A stretch of 64,000 nt of DNA from Vicugna vicugna (GCA_013265495.1 MU061578.1:4971308-5035307), one strand, 5' to 3'; shown: positions 37,501-49,346, numbered from the stretch's first letter. The notes: generated from the letters alone by a model not told the origin. Numbers and translations: made by a program.

Positions 37501-40500
37501 GCGGCCTGCCCCCCCCACCCCGTGGGGGGGGTCAGGTGGGTCTGCACCTAGGCAGCTGCTTCCGGTTAGGGCTTGTCGGTGTTTCCCAATACCCTTGCTA
37601 GGCTTTGTGGGTTGGTTAGGAAAGCTGGGCTGAGCGTTTGGTCCTGAGAGCCGGCAGGAACCCAGAGATGGGAGTGGAATTGGTGGGTGGGGGACGGGCA
37701 GACAGGCTGAGGGCGCAGGATGGATGTCTGGGAGACGGGCCAGCCTTAGCACTGTGTGTGTGGACTCTTGTCTGGATGGGTGAAGTTGCTTGAAGCCTCA
37801 GTTTTGAGGGGTCTTTTTCCGTAGGAAGAAGTCTTCAGTTCAGGCCAGAATGAATGAATGACCTTCCTCCCCTTCCCTGAGGCCTGGAATTGGGAGGGGC
37901 TATCCTGGGAATGCAGAATGGGCCATCCAGGGTTCTTGATGGCAACCTGGTTTTGAAGTTGGGCCTTAACAATCTTGGGATGTCAAATTAAGTGAAAATG
38001 GCTTATCTGGGAGTAGGGTACTTGGGCCAGGTCAAGGAACTGTGGGACCCAGGGAGGTGAGTCCTGACACAGCTGCAGCACCCGTGGACTGGTCTGGCCT
38101 GGTCTGGGCCAGGGCTTTTCGAGTAGGTCTGGTTTTGGACTTTGATGACTCGCCCTGCCCCACCCTATCTGGTGGGTTGGGGAGGCTCCCCATACAGGTA
38201 TGTGCAGGGATGGAACTCCAAACAATCTCTGCTGACTGTAAACACTAGTGGGTAGGGGCTTGGGGGCCTCCCTCTGTCTGGGCCTGCCTGCTGGTCACAA
38301 GCTGCTGAGTGAGCCCTGCCCTTCCCATCATGTGCGAGTAAGGGGTCATTTGTGGTGGGAGAAGTGGCCTGTACTTCCCCTTCCTTGCTATGCAACGCCT
38401 ACTCTTTCCACATCTCCAGAAGCTGCCTACTCTCCCGCACCTCCCAGCAGGCTGCTGTGGCCCCCTTTCCCCCAGCCCCTTCTGCTCTTTGCCTCCAGAA
38501 TGCCTCCAGGGAGTCTGCTTTGCCGGGCCACCTGTGGGTGTTGTCTGTCATTTAACATTCACATCTCGATTTGCGCTCCTACCGCACACCAGGCACTGGG
38601 GGGACATCAGTGAACAAAACAAGATCCCTGCCCACATGGAACCTGAATTCTGGCTCAGTTTACCCCGAAACCCTCCTTCTGGTCACCAGGTGCCTCTCTT
38701 TTTAGAACTTGGTACTTTTGAACAGAGCCTGACCAGCGGGTCTTTGGAACTTACTGATAACAGGGTATCACTGGTCCAGGGCTTTTTTGCTTTCCCCAGG
38801 CTCCTGGGAATTGGGACCACCTGCTCCTGTATCTTGTAAGCAGCGCCACTCCTCCCTTCCTGACATGGGGCTTAACATGGCCCTACGGTAGCCAACTTCT
38901 TAGTTGGCCAATTGGGTCAGCCTCTAACTTCATTCCTTTCTCTAAAGCCTTTCTCCAAGGCTTCTCTTCTACCTCCCTGTGCCTTTCTGAACAGTTTTCA
39001 GGCTCAGGTGTCACTGTCAGGGTGACAGCAAGCCCTGTCCGCTGCTCCTGGCCCACGTAGCACTTAGCTGATTTGTCTTCTTACAACAGAATGAGGCCCC
39101 CCTCTGTCTCAGGCCTCCCAGTCTCCATCGCATGCTAGCTTCCCCTTCCTTCCTTTCTTTTTTTCTTTCTTTGTAAAGTTAAATTTATTTAGAGAAATGC
39201 ATAGAGTGCAGGCTGTTTCAGAAGGCAAGAGAAAGGCCATGAGGTGTTGGGGGGGTGGGTGCTCAGGTTAAAGTAAAAGTAGACACACAGTCCGTAGAGT
39301 ACAGGCCATCTCCAGAGATGAGGGAGCAAGAGAAGTGGCCTCTTTTTTTTTTTTTTTAATTCTTACTACCTTTTTTCTTAACTTATGACCCAAGTCCTGT
39401 AGATTTCTTTCTTCATCATGTGTTCCTCGAAGCTGTCACTTGCTCCTTTTCTGTATTGTCTGTGACTTCCTCCGTCCCAGTGGGCCTCCTGTGTTTGGTG
39501 CAATGTACCTGGAACTGCCTCCTGATTCCTCTGTTTCTGTCCTCTGTTCCACCTGAAGCCCCTTCAGGCCTGGCCTTTGAAGCTCACATCCCAGGCCTTC
39601 CCGGACACCTGCTGCTGCCCCGGGGAGGCTGCTTTTCCCTCCTAGCGGTCCTTCTTGTTTCTTCCCTTTGTTCCTCTTGTCTCTTCCCCACCCCCAGCCA
39701 CATGACCTCTCTCCGCCCTCTGTAGAGAAACTTACTTCCCGGCACTAGCCTGTCCAGCCTTGCCGGACCTGCTGGCTGGGATGCTGACTTCCCTGTAATG
39801 GGTTCCCACCTAGTGCCACGTGTCAGCCCGTGCCTTTCCCCTTGAGTAATGAGCCCTGGCATTGGCCTGATATTCTGGGTCCGCAGTAGGAGGCCAGAAA
39901 AATGCAAGAGAGGCTTCATGAAGACGGGCTCTGTGTCCCAGCACCTGAAGGCTGGTTGTCTAGATGTGGTAGCGTCTGGGCACCCCCTGGATGCTGTGTG
40001 GAAGAGTCAGTGCAGGTCCTTCTTCCCCAGCCCCTGCCTCCTTCCTCCCTCTAGTTGCTCCTTGTCTTGCGCCATCTTAGTTGGTGTCTCTGCTTCTGTG
40101 GTCTGTAATCCTCTTCCTCTTGTCCTGTCTTTCTGTGACCACCTCATTGTCACTCCTCCACTCAGTTATCACCTCCCTTAGGAAGCCCTTCCCCAGACCT
40201 CCCCACTCTCCTGGAATGCGTTGCTGTGATTGGAGGGACTGTGTCTCTTCATGGGGTTTAGAGTCCCTCTGACCTCACCCCTGCTCTGTGGTGAGGACAG
40301 AGTAGTCATCTTTTGTGGCCCAAAGAGGTGAGTAAAAGATGCAGGGGCATGTCTGGGATTGTCCTGGCCCCTTCCACCTCAGACCCATGTCAGCATCTGC
40401 ACACCAGTGCATTGGGACTCTGAGGGCAGGCGACAGGAGTCAGAAGAGCTGCCTGAGCCCCCTGTGGCTCTCTGTTGTCTTTGCAAACCTTCTAGACTTG

Positions 40501-41567
40501 GAAGATAGGCCAGGAGAAGGGAGCCTTTCAGGAAGGCAGCCCACCCTGGGAAGAGAAAGGAGGGACAGTGGCAGAGGAAACCAGCGTCATCAAATGCCTT
40601 GAATCCTATCCTCCCCATGCCCTCCTGCCCCATTACTGGAGGCCTCCAGCAGATGCTGAGCTCAGAGGTCTGCTGAAGCTTTGTGCTTGGCCTCAGTGAT
40701 GACTTCACAGCCCCATCGTCTTCCCTGTACCCTGCCCTCTCTGGCTTGTCCTTTTTCTGGTTATTTAGAGAGGATTCTCTCCAAACTCAAGGGTCCTGAC
40801 CTGGCTGAGGGTGCTGGGAGCTGCCTTTTTGTGGCAGAGCACTTAGCCTGCTGACACACACGCCAGCCCTTGGAGCAGCCTTTTCCCAGGGCCAGGAGTT
40901 GACCGCAGTTCAAGGGGTGAGGTGGGGGGCTGGTGAAGCTCTGGTCTGAGAGAACAAGAATTGCCAGACCAGTTTCCCCCATCCTCTGGCGGTAGATCTT
41001 CTGAGGGGTGTCGTCTCCAGATGTAGCCCCAGGGCTGACCCTGGCCAGACATCTGGGCTGCTGCTAGTCAGCTCATGCTTTTCCCAGCCCTTCCTGACCT
41101 GGGAAAGTGCCTGGGAGTCCAGGTGGGATAGAATGGGCCCAGAATCTCCAGCAAGGCTCCTGGGGCCCAGCTGCCTATTTCCCCATGTGATGGTGCTGCT
41201 CCTGCCATCACAGCTCCACCTTTTAGGTTGAGGGCAGCTGTGCTGAGGTCCCTGGGAACATGGGATCTGTGTAGAAGGCTTGGGGAGAACTACTGAGCAC
41301 AGGTTGGGGTTTTACAGCAGAGTAGGAGCCCAGATGGGCAGCCGTGAGGGCCTCTGGTGGAGGAAGAAAAGAAATGGGTACCGAGTTTCTTGAGTGTCTG
41401 GCTATGGCTGTTCCCCTGCGGGCCACCTCAAGCTCCTGGCTGGGTGAGTGCTGCTCTCAGGTTCCCCCTTGCAGGTGATATCTTGCATGGCCCTCCCGTA
41501 TGCTAAAAGCTACTCCCAGGGTCCTGGCCCCAGATGCTCTGGGCTCACCTCACCTTCTCCCCATCAG

Positions 41568-41751
41568 CTCTGGGTGCTGCCTATGGTACAGCCAAGAGTG
41601 GCACCGGCATTGCGGCCATGTCTGTCATGCGGCCAGAGCTGATCATGAAGTCCATCATCCCAGTGGTCATGGCTGGCATCATCGCCATCTACGGCCTGGT
41701 GGTGGCAGTCCTCATTGCCAACTCCCTGAATGACGGCATCAGTCTCTACAG
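41568..41751 (+). CDS. ATP6V0C: ATP6V0C exon 2
   Basis: atcag| [50 protein letters not shown]... |gtgagt. Confidence 0.98.
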
Positions 41752-41882
41752 GTGAGTGCTGGGTTGTTCTCCCCACACCCCTGTACAGGCGGGGAGGGGA
41801 CCTTGGGTGGGTGGCTGGTGACCTGTACCTGCAGCCCTCCCCTCCTGTGGGCTGACATCCGTCCCTGTACTCTATCCTCCAG

Positions 41883-42087
41883 GAGTTTCCTTCAGCTGGG
41901 CGCCGGCCTGAGCGTGGGCCTGAGCGGGCTGGCAGCTGGCTTTGCCATCGGTATCGTGGGGGACGCCGGCGTGCGGGGCACTGCCCAGCAGCCCCGGCTA
42001 TTCGTGGGCATGATCCTGATCCTCATCTTCGCTGAGGTGCTGGGCCTCTACGGGCTCATCGTTGCCCTCATCCTCTCCACAAAGTAG
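41883..42087 (+). CDS. ATP6V0C: ATP6V0C exon 3 (proton-binding Glu in FAEVLGLYG, codon 42034-42036)
   Basis: ccag| [70 protein letters not shown]. Confidence 0.98.
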
Positions 42088-42614
42088 CCCCTCCGGGCCT
42101 ACCAGCCACAGAATATGATGTAAAGACCACCCCCTCCTCATTCCAAAACGAACAGCCTGACACACATGCACGGGGCAGCTGCCCCCCAATAGTTGGTCTT
42201 GTAAATGCGCAGTGTCCTAGTGCCCATCGTCTGTTGCCCCAGCCTTGCCCCTGCCCGCCCCGTGCCATGGACATCTGGGCCCACCATTCACCCATCCAGG
42301 CCCCTGACCAGTGAGGATGCAAGGCCTTTGGCCGCCCCCACCCACCTGCCCTAGAGTGCTTTGTGTATAAGGATGAATTAGAGTCGTCATTTTCTCTTCA
42401 CTGGATGTTTATTTATAAAGATCTGATCTGTTCATACGTCTGTGGAGCAGCCCTCCGTCTCCCAACTATATAGTAATCTTAGGTATACTGTTGAGTTGTG
42501 AGGTTACCGTTTGCCCTGAGACTTGTTGGATGGAACCACCCTCCTGCAGCCCTGGCCGCCCAGGGCCGCGGGGCAGTGTGCTGGGCCCACCAGGCCTGGC
42601 GTCGAACCGTGTCC

Positions 42615-42620
42615 AATAAA
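42615..42620 (+). terminator. ATP6V0C polyA signal AATAAA
   Basis: AATAAA followed by GU/U-rich downstream sequence (ttgtgtgtgg, ctttttt). Confidence 0.85.
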
Positions 42621-42699
42621 GTTCTTGGATGTGACTGGACGCTTGTGTGTGGATCGCTTTTTTGGGCCCGGGGGTGGGCGGGGTGGGCCGGGAGGGAGG

Positions 42700-42875
42700 G
42701 GCCGAGGGCCAGACCACTAGGGAGGCGGCCGTCGCCGCGTCACTGCGGACCGCGCTGGTCACGTGGGCGCCGGGATCACGTGGGCGCGCCTCAGTCAGCT
42801 GAGGGTCACGTGGGCCGGGCCGCGCTCTAGGCCGGGACTCGGCGCGGGATCCGGCGCCTCCAGCTCGGGCTCACG
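42700..42875 (+). promoter_or_regulatory. AMDHD2: AMDHD2 promoter with three TCACGTGGGC E-box/CLEAR-like sites
   Basis: CACGTG at 42760, 42777 and 42807 within a CpG island. Confidence 0.75.
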
Positions 42876-42958
42876 ATGCGCGGCGGGCAGGGCGCGGCGC
42901 GGGCCCTGGTGCTCCAGTTCACCAACTGCCGCATCCTGCGAGGCGGGGCGCTGCTCAG
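42876..42958 (+). CDS. AMDHD2: N-acetylglucosamine-6-phosphate deacetylase, exon 1
   Basis: MRGGQGAARALVLQFTNCRILRGGALLR |gtggg. Eleven exons total 1230 nt = 409 aa + stop. Confidence 0.94.
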
Positions 42959-43058
42959 GTGGGCGCGGGGCGCGGACCAGGCCGGGGGGCGCGGGGCCCG
43001 GAGCTGCCAGGAATGCTTTGGGGCGGCGATCCTAGCCCCTGCCCTGCTCTGTGCGCAG

Positions 43059-43195
43059 GGAGGATCTGTGGGTGCGCGGGGGCCGCATTCTGGACCCGGA
43101 GAAGCTGTTCTTTGAGGAGCGGCGCGTGGCTGACGAGCAGCGGGACTGCGGGGGCTGCATCCTGGCGCCCGGCTTCATAGACGTGCAGATCAACG
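43059..43195 (+). CDS. AMDHD2: AMDHD2 exon 2
   Basis: EDLWVRGGRILDPEK...ILAPGFIDVQING (NagA motif). Confidence 0.96.
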
Positions 43196-43277
43196 GTGCG
43201 GTCCGGGGCCCTCGGGCTGAGGAACTCAGAGGAGGAGCTCTGAGCTCCGGGCGACCGCCTCTTTTCTGTGGCCTCAG

Positions 43278-43417
43278 GTGGCTTTGGCGTTGACTTCTCT
43301 CAGGCCACGGAGGACGTGGGTTCAGGAGTCGCCCTGGTGGCCCGGAGAATCCTGTCTCACGGAGTCACCTCCTTCTGTCCCACTTTGGTCACTTCGCCAC
43401 CGGAGGTTTATCACAAG
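43278..43417 (+). CDS. AMDHD2: AMDHD2 exon 3
   Basis: GFGVDFS...[20 protein letters not shown] |gtgagg. Confidence 0.96.
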
Positions 43418-45618
43418 GTGAGGTCAGGCTCCCGGCCTGAAGTGAAGGAGGTTCCAGAAACACCCAGCTTGTTAATTTTGGAATCTCATCTTTTCCCCTC
43501 CCAACATCCCTTGGCGCTTGAGTGGGCTCACCTGCTGGTCTCCAACCACCTGGGCCTGGGGGTCCCCTGCCCTGCCCCGGGCATTCTCATTCCGGTGTCC
43601 CTCTGGCTGGTCTGCCGTTGCGGGTCTGGCTGCCTCTGCAGCTGTCCCCACAGCTTCGAACTTGCTGCCTCAGCACCTTCACCAGCCACACACCCTCCCC
43701 TCCCTGTGCTCTGGCCACCTCCAGGCACCAGAAACCGCCTCCTTGCCTGAGGCTGCTGGGGACTTTGTGATTGCCCCATCTTTAGACGTTCATCCTTCCA
43801 ACTGGTTTGTGGTATGTGACTCCAGTGAACACACTTTTCAGAAGGAAGCTCTGTGGTCTACCCCAAGCCTTCCTCTAATCTGGCCTCCACCCCATTCTCT
43901 TCTACTTCTTTCTTACCTGCGAGGCTTGGGATTCAGTTATCCCTTGTCTGTTTTTCCTTTAAAATGTTTTACTCTACGAAGATTCTCCAGTTTTAGTCTT
44001 TGCCCCGTCTTATTATTCGACCTTGTTTTCTCTGTATGTAGGTTCTCTATTTCTGAACTATTTGAGAGTTGGTGACACGCTTCGTGCCTCTATACTCCTT
44101 ATCACTGAATCTCTTCTTAAACACACAGGCATTCCTTCATGCAAGTACAGGTATAGAGTTACTGAGTTTGCAAAATTAACACTGTTATTTTCCAGTCGAC
44201 CATTTATGTTCCGGTTTTGTAGTTTTTCTCCAACTCGGGATTCTTTCTGGGATCACGGATTGCATTGGCTGCTGTGGAGTTCCCTCCTGGGGGTGTGGAC
44301 AGAGACTCAGAGCTGGGAGCTGGGGGAGGTGGGCTGTGGGCTCAGGGTTTGGCTCCGGCCTCCTGACTTCATCTATCAGCTGGGAGACTCAAGACAGTCA
44401 TTACTTACTGGTTTCTGAACATTGGTTTCTTCAAACCTTAAGTACGAATAAACAGAGTCCATCTCTCTGGGTTGGGTGCTCAGCACTTTGCTTGGTTCAC
44501 TTTGAGCACCTGGTAAATGCCAGCTAAGGACATCTTTCTGGAAATTTCCCCCATCACAGAGTCAGATGTCAAAAACCAAGCTTATCTCCCTGCTGCAGAC
44601 TGGCACCTGGTTCTGTGTTTTCTGTCTTGGCATCAGTCTGTGACTTCCCTGCCCAGGATCTGGAAACAAGCCCTCCCTCTTTGCCCCTCTGATCCCCACC
44701 AGTGACTTAGTGGCTTAGTGACTGTTACCCAGTCTTGCGACTGCTGTCCCAGCTCCGAGTCCCGCCTGGGTGGCCTTCCCCAGGTGTGGAGCTCAGCATG
44801 GCCCTCCCACCTCCCCAACTCATCTTCAGGCTGGACTTACCCTCCTGAGCATTCCTGCGCAGCTGCATTTCAGCCATTCCAGGCAGCTCCCTCTTCTGCC
44901 CTCAAGCTCTCTGCCCGGGAGGCCTTTGCTTAGCTTTGTCCACCACACCAGCTGGCCCATGTGCGGTGTCTGCAGACGCGCCACCCTTGGCCATCGTGAG
45001 ACAAACTATGGGGCTTCTTCCTCAGGAGAAGGGGTTTCTGATCAGCAGGACTTCCATCTTCTCTTCTCTTCTCTTCCCAGCACCCGTCACCCTTCTTAAA
45101 TGCATACAGTGTGCAGGCCTTCTGAGGCAGAGTAAACTGATTTATGGTGCAACTTGTGGAGGGCTTTGAATTTGAAAACTTTAATACTAGTGTCATCTTA
45201 GAAACTACAGGACTGTACCCTGGGTTCTCCCCACACACACTGCTCCCCTAATTCTGCCCAGCCTTCCTCCGGGGCCCAGATTGCTACTTTATCAGAAGTT
45301 ACTCAGGTTCATGGAGACCACCTGCCCTTTTTCTGGGGTCTCTGCCTTGTTCTTTGCTACCCTTCCAGGAGGGAGATGTGATTGCCTTGTTCTCTGCTTC
45401 AGGTCCATTGTCTGCTGAGCCAACATCAGGCACATCCTCAGGATGGCAGCCAGGCTCTTGCCTCTGGCCTGACATGCCCTTTACACTTGGACCTTTTTCT
45501 GATGCTCTCCTGCCTTGAACGTACCTCGTTCCCTTCACTTCCAAACTGTCTGTTTTGTTTATTTAGTGCTTTCTAGCTTTCCCTTTTAAAACTCTATTTT
45601 GGGAAAACAGCCATTATC

Positions 45619-45678
<60 letters not shown>

Positions 45679-45722
45679 TTCTTTCTTTCTTTCTTTTCTT
45701 TCTTTCTCTTTCTTTCCTCTTT
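45619..45722. repeat. (TTTC)n tetranucleotide microsatellite
   Basis: Direct observation. Confidence 0.95.
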
Positions 45723-46706
45723 CTTTTAACTCTTTAGTGAACGTATGTACATCACATGGCTTGTTAGAAAAAAAACAGTAGTCCTCTGCTCCCACCAGTC
45801 CCCACCTAGAGAGAATTACTTTCACCCCAGTTGACCCTTGGAATTTGCCCCCATGGCGCTAAAGAATATACTGGCATTCCTGCTCACCTTTTTGGTTTCG
45901 CGCAGCATAAATGTGCTTTCCACCCAGAAGGACAAGGATTAGCTTTCTGTAGTGCCCTTTTGTGCCCTGCTGCCCCCACCCCCTCCTCCCCAGAGAGTTT
46001 CCTATAATTTCATTTAGATTAGTTATCAGGACTGGGGACTCAGCTCAATTACATTCTCTTACTTGTCAACTCTGTTTTGCTTGGAGTTAATAGTCTTCGC
46101 TTGCTTAGTTTTAAAATTTACTGGCTCAACTCCAGGATTTCAGCCAGTCATCTCCCTCTCTGTTCAGGATTTGGAGGCTTCTGCAGAGGTGCCATCCATT
46201 TCACCTTCCTTTGGGAGCCTTGGGGACCTGCTATCCCAGGGCTGGCTGCTGGCCTCACTGGGGCCGAGCTGTCTGGGAGCTCCCTTCCCCTCAGCTGCGG
46301 GCCCCCAGGCCTCTTTCTGCTGTGTCTCTCTGTCCAGTATCCCGGGCCTTCCTCTTTGTGGATTTACACCTTCATTTTGGTGGAGCCCATCCTCCAGCAA
46401 CTCCCAGAGAAAGGAGTCACAGGGGGTAACACTTTTAAAATGTTGGAGGTGTGAGATAACTTGACTCTCTTAATCGATGTCTTGTCTGGGTTAGCACTGT
46501 GGATTAGAAGTCACTGCTCTCTAGAATTTTGATGGCATTTGCGTATTGTCTTTTAACTTCCAGGGTTGCTGATGAGAAATCAGAAGCCATCTGACTCCTG
46601 ATCCTTTGTGCATGACCTGTTTTTTCCATCTGGAAGCCTTTGGGGTCTTCCCTCTGTCCCTAGCAGAGGGACGTGTGGGGACTGGTGGGAGTTCATCTGC
46701 TGTGCT

Positions 46707-46800
46707 GGGGAGGGTAAAGCTCAGCGGTAGAGCCCGTGCTTAGCATGCACAAGGTCCTGGGTTCACTTCCCAGTGCCTCCATCGAAAGAAAGAAAATGAA
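46707..46800 (+). mobile_element. tRNA-Ala-derived camelid-type SINE (Vic-1-like)
   Basis: GGGGAGGGTAAAGCTCAGCGGTAGAGC...CTTAGCATGCACAAGGTCCTGGGTTCA..CCCAG..CCTCCA plus A-rich tail. Confidence 0.85.
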
Positions 46801-47015
46801 ATGCACACTCGTGAGTCCCTGCACCCACAGATCCTCCATCAGCGGGTCTGGGATGGGGCTCGGTAATCTACATGTAAAACGAAAGTAGAAATTGCCCTCA
46901 CCTGGAGACCCTCTGCTTTAGCCCTCTAGGTGCATGGCGGGACAGAACTGGGGACCAATCTGCTTTTTTTTTGAAGATTATTTTTATTTACTTATTTTTA
47001 ATGTTATCTTTTACA

Positions 47016-47016
47016 G

Positions 47017-47046
<30 letters not shown>
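47016..47046. repeat. (CA)n microsatellite, imperfect
   Basis: Direct observation. Confidence 0.85.
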
Positions 47047-47047
<1 letters not shown>

Positions 47048-47077
47048 AATAAACACTGCTGTATCTTAAGTTATCTC

Positions 47078-47163
47078 TTTTTTTTTTCGATGGAGGTACT
47101 GGGGATTGAACCCAGGACTTTATGTATGCTGAGTCCGTGCTCTGCCACTGAACTGTGCCACCC
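47078..47163 (-). mobile_element. Vic-1-like SINE, antisense
   Basis: T-tract then tggaggtactggggattgaacccaggac...ccactgaact. Confidence 0.85.
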
Positions 47164-48082
47164 TGGGACCTGGCTGCTCTTTAGTGAGGCTCCTCTTGTC
47201 AATTCACCTGCTTCTTGAGGCGCCAGGCACTGCCAAAGCCTAAGCCAGTTGGGATGTGGTGCGGTGCCTGCTTCCTTGCTGTTTCCCCGGTGTGTCTTTG
47301 TCCAGCAGCTGCTTTTTGGGCTCCTGAGTCAGCCTGCCCTTGTCCTGTCTTCACGCTGAGTTTAAGCCTCTGAAAAATCCCCATTCTTCTCTTTGGGGCA
47401 GAGGGTACACCAGTCCACCAGGCTCTCCCCGGAGACTCTGCAGGGAGCATCCTGTAGGGCTCCCCATCCCACATCCTTCCCCACGTTGAAGGAGAGGGCT
47501 TTGGGCTGGGATACCTGCTTGCCTGTCCTCTGATATATGTGATGTGAGCACCTGTCATGCACAAGTGACGTTCCCCACTGTGTCCAGATTCGGGCTCAGA
47601 ATGGCCACGCCGTCTGTGCCTGAGCTCCCCAGCCACCAAGCCCGTGCCTCTGCCCTTTGCTCTGCCTGGAATGCATGTCCTCCTCCCACCTCAGCCCTGC
47701 TTCCCAGGCCTGTAGCTCAGGAAGGCCTGGCCTGTCACCCTGTCAGGCCCAATGCTTCCTGGCCCCACTGTGTCCTAACTGCTGTCTGATGGGGCCACCT
47801 TGAGGGCCTTGGTGCCCCATGCCTGCCCATAGCCTGGGAGCTATTGCCTTGTCTCAGGGTCCTCTTCAGCAGACCAGTCTTGCATCCTTGGGGGCCTGTT
47901 ATTTCTTGATGCTCCTGTGACCCTGTGTCCCGCTGCTTCTGAATGCTGTGCTTTCCCTGACCATGGTTGAGGGCCTTCGACCTTTCTAACACCTGAGGGA
48001 AGGCCAGCGGGGACTGGGCTGGGCTCTGACATCTGGGTGCTGGGCCGCGGGGAGCAGGGCTTTAACAGCTGGTTCCCCCCAG

Positions 48083-48137
48083 GTCCTTCCTCAGATCCCC
48101 GTGAAGAGTGGTGGTCCCCATGGGGCAGGGGTCCTCG
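48083..48137 (+). CDS. AMDHD2: AMDHD2 exon 4
   Basis: ccag| VLPQIPVKSGGPHGAGVL G|gtgagt. Confidence 0.93.
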
Positions 48138-48314
48138 GTGAGTGGCTGACCCCTCTCCCCGCCCCTATCCTGGGAGGCTCCTTGGGGACCTATTGGCAGC
48201 CCCTCACCTTCCAGATGCCCAACTGTGGGGGGAGGACGGGCAGGCAAGAGCGTCAGGGTGGGGGCAGCAGGGCGGCTGGGGGCCTGCTGGAAACCTCCCC
48301 TCCCCTCCCCCCAG

Positions 48315-48527
48315 GGGTGCACCTGGAGGGCCCATTCATCAGCCGGGAAAAGCGAGGCGCACACCCTGAGGCCCACCTGCGCTCCTTTGAGGCCAGCGCT
48401 TTCCAAGACTTGCTGGCCACCTATGGGTCGCTTGACAACGTCCGCATTGTGACGCTGGCCCCCGAACTGGACCGCAGTCACGAGGTGATCCAGGCGCTGA
48501 CAGCCCTTGGAATATGCGTGTCCCTCG
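48315..48527 (+). CDS. AMDHD2: AMDHD2 exon 5 (HLEGPF metal-binding motif)
   Basis: GVHLEGPFISREKRGAH...VTLAPE...ICVSL. Confidence 0.96.
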
Positions 48528-48601
48528 GTGAGGAGTGTGTCCTGACCTCTGTCCCGGGGCTCCAGGCTGGGTGCTGAGTCTGAGCCTGGGTCCCCACACA
48601 G

Positions 48602-48690
48602 GACACTCAGTGGCTGACCTGGGGGCTGCAGAGGAAGCCGTGCGGAGTGGGGCCACCTTCATCACCCATCTCTTCAACGCCATGCTGCCC
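48602..48690 (+). CDS. AMDHD2: AMDHD2 exon 6
   Basis: GHSVADL...ATFITHLFNAMLP |gtgagt. Confidence 0.96.
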
Positions 48691-48769
48691 GTGAGTGGCG
48701 CCCCAGCTCTGGGCGGGAGGGTGTGGCAGTCCTGCTGTGGCTCAGTGCCCCCCTCCTGCCCCTGCCCAG

Positions 48770-48914
48770 TTCCACCACCGTGACCCTGGCATCGTGGGGC
48801 TCCTAACCAGTGACCAGCTGCCCCCGGGCCGCCACATCTTTTATGGGATGATTGCCGACGGCATGCACACCAACCCCGCCGCCCTGCGCATCGCCTACCG
48901 GGCCCATCCCCAGG
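48770..48914 (+). CDS. AMDHD2: AMDHD2 exon 7
   Basis: [10 protein letters not shown]...[21 protein letters not shown]. Confidence 0.96.
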
Positions 48915-48988
48915 GTGAGCAGCTGGCTGGGGCGGGAGCAGGTAGGAAGACCAGCCCAGCTGGGTCCTGAGCTCCCTTCCCCCTATAG

Positions 48989-49096
48989 GGCTGGTGCTGG
49001 TCACTGACGCCGTCCCTGCTCTGGGCTTGGGCAATGGCCGACACACACTGGGGCAGCAGGAGGTGGAGGTGGATGGGCTGACAGCCTATGTGGCAG
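48989..49096 (+). CDS. AMDHD2: AMDHD2 exon 8 (catalytic VTDA motif)
   Basis: tatag| LVLVTDAVPALGLGNGRHTLGQQEVEVDGLTAYVA |gtgagt. Confidence 0.95.
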
Positions 49097-49208
49097 GTGA
49101 GTATCCCCAGTCTCCAAGACTGCCCGAGTGAGAATAGCCCCTCGGCCCCTCTGGTGGGGTGTAAGAACCCACCCCTGGCCCTCAAAACCTACCCTCTCTG
49201 TTCTCAAG

Positions 49209-49277
49209 GCACTAAGACACTAAGCGGCAGCATCGCCCCGATGGACGTGTGCGTGCGACATTTCCTACAGGCCACAG
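49209..49277 (+). CDS. AMDHD2: AMDHD2 exon 9
   Basis: caag| TKTLSGSIAPMDVCVRHFLQAT |gtcagt. Confidence 0.93.
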
Positions 49278-49308
49278 GTCAGTGCGGCCAGGCTGTGCGT
49301 GCCGTGTG

Positions 49309-49311
<3 letters not shown>

Positions 49312-49344
<33 letters not shown>
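49312..49344. repeat. (TG)n microsatellite just downstream of the AMDHD2 exon 9 donor
   Basis: Direct observation. Confidence 0.95.
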
Positions 49345-49346
<2 letters not shown>

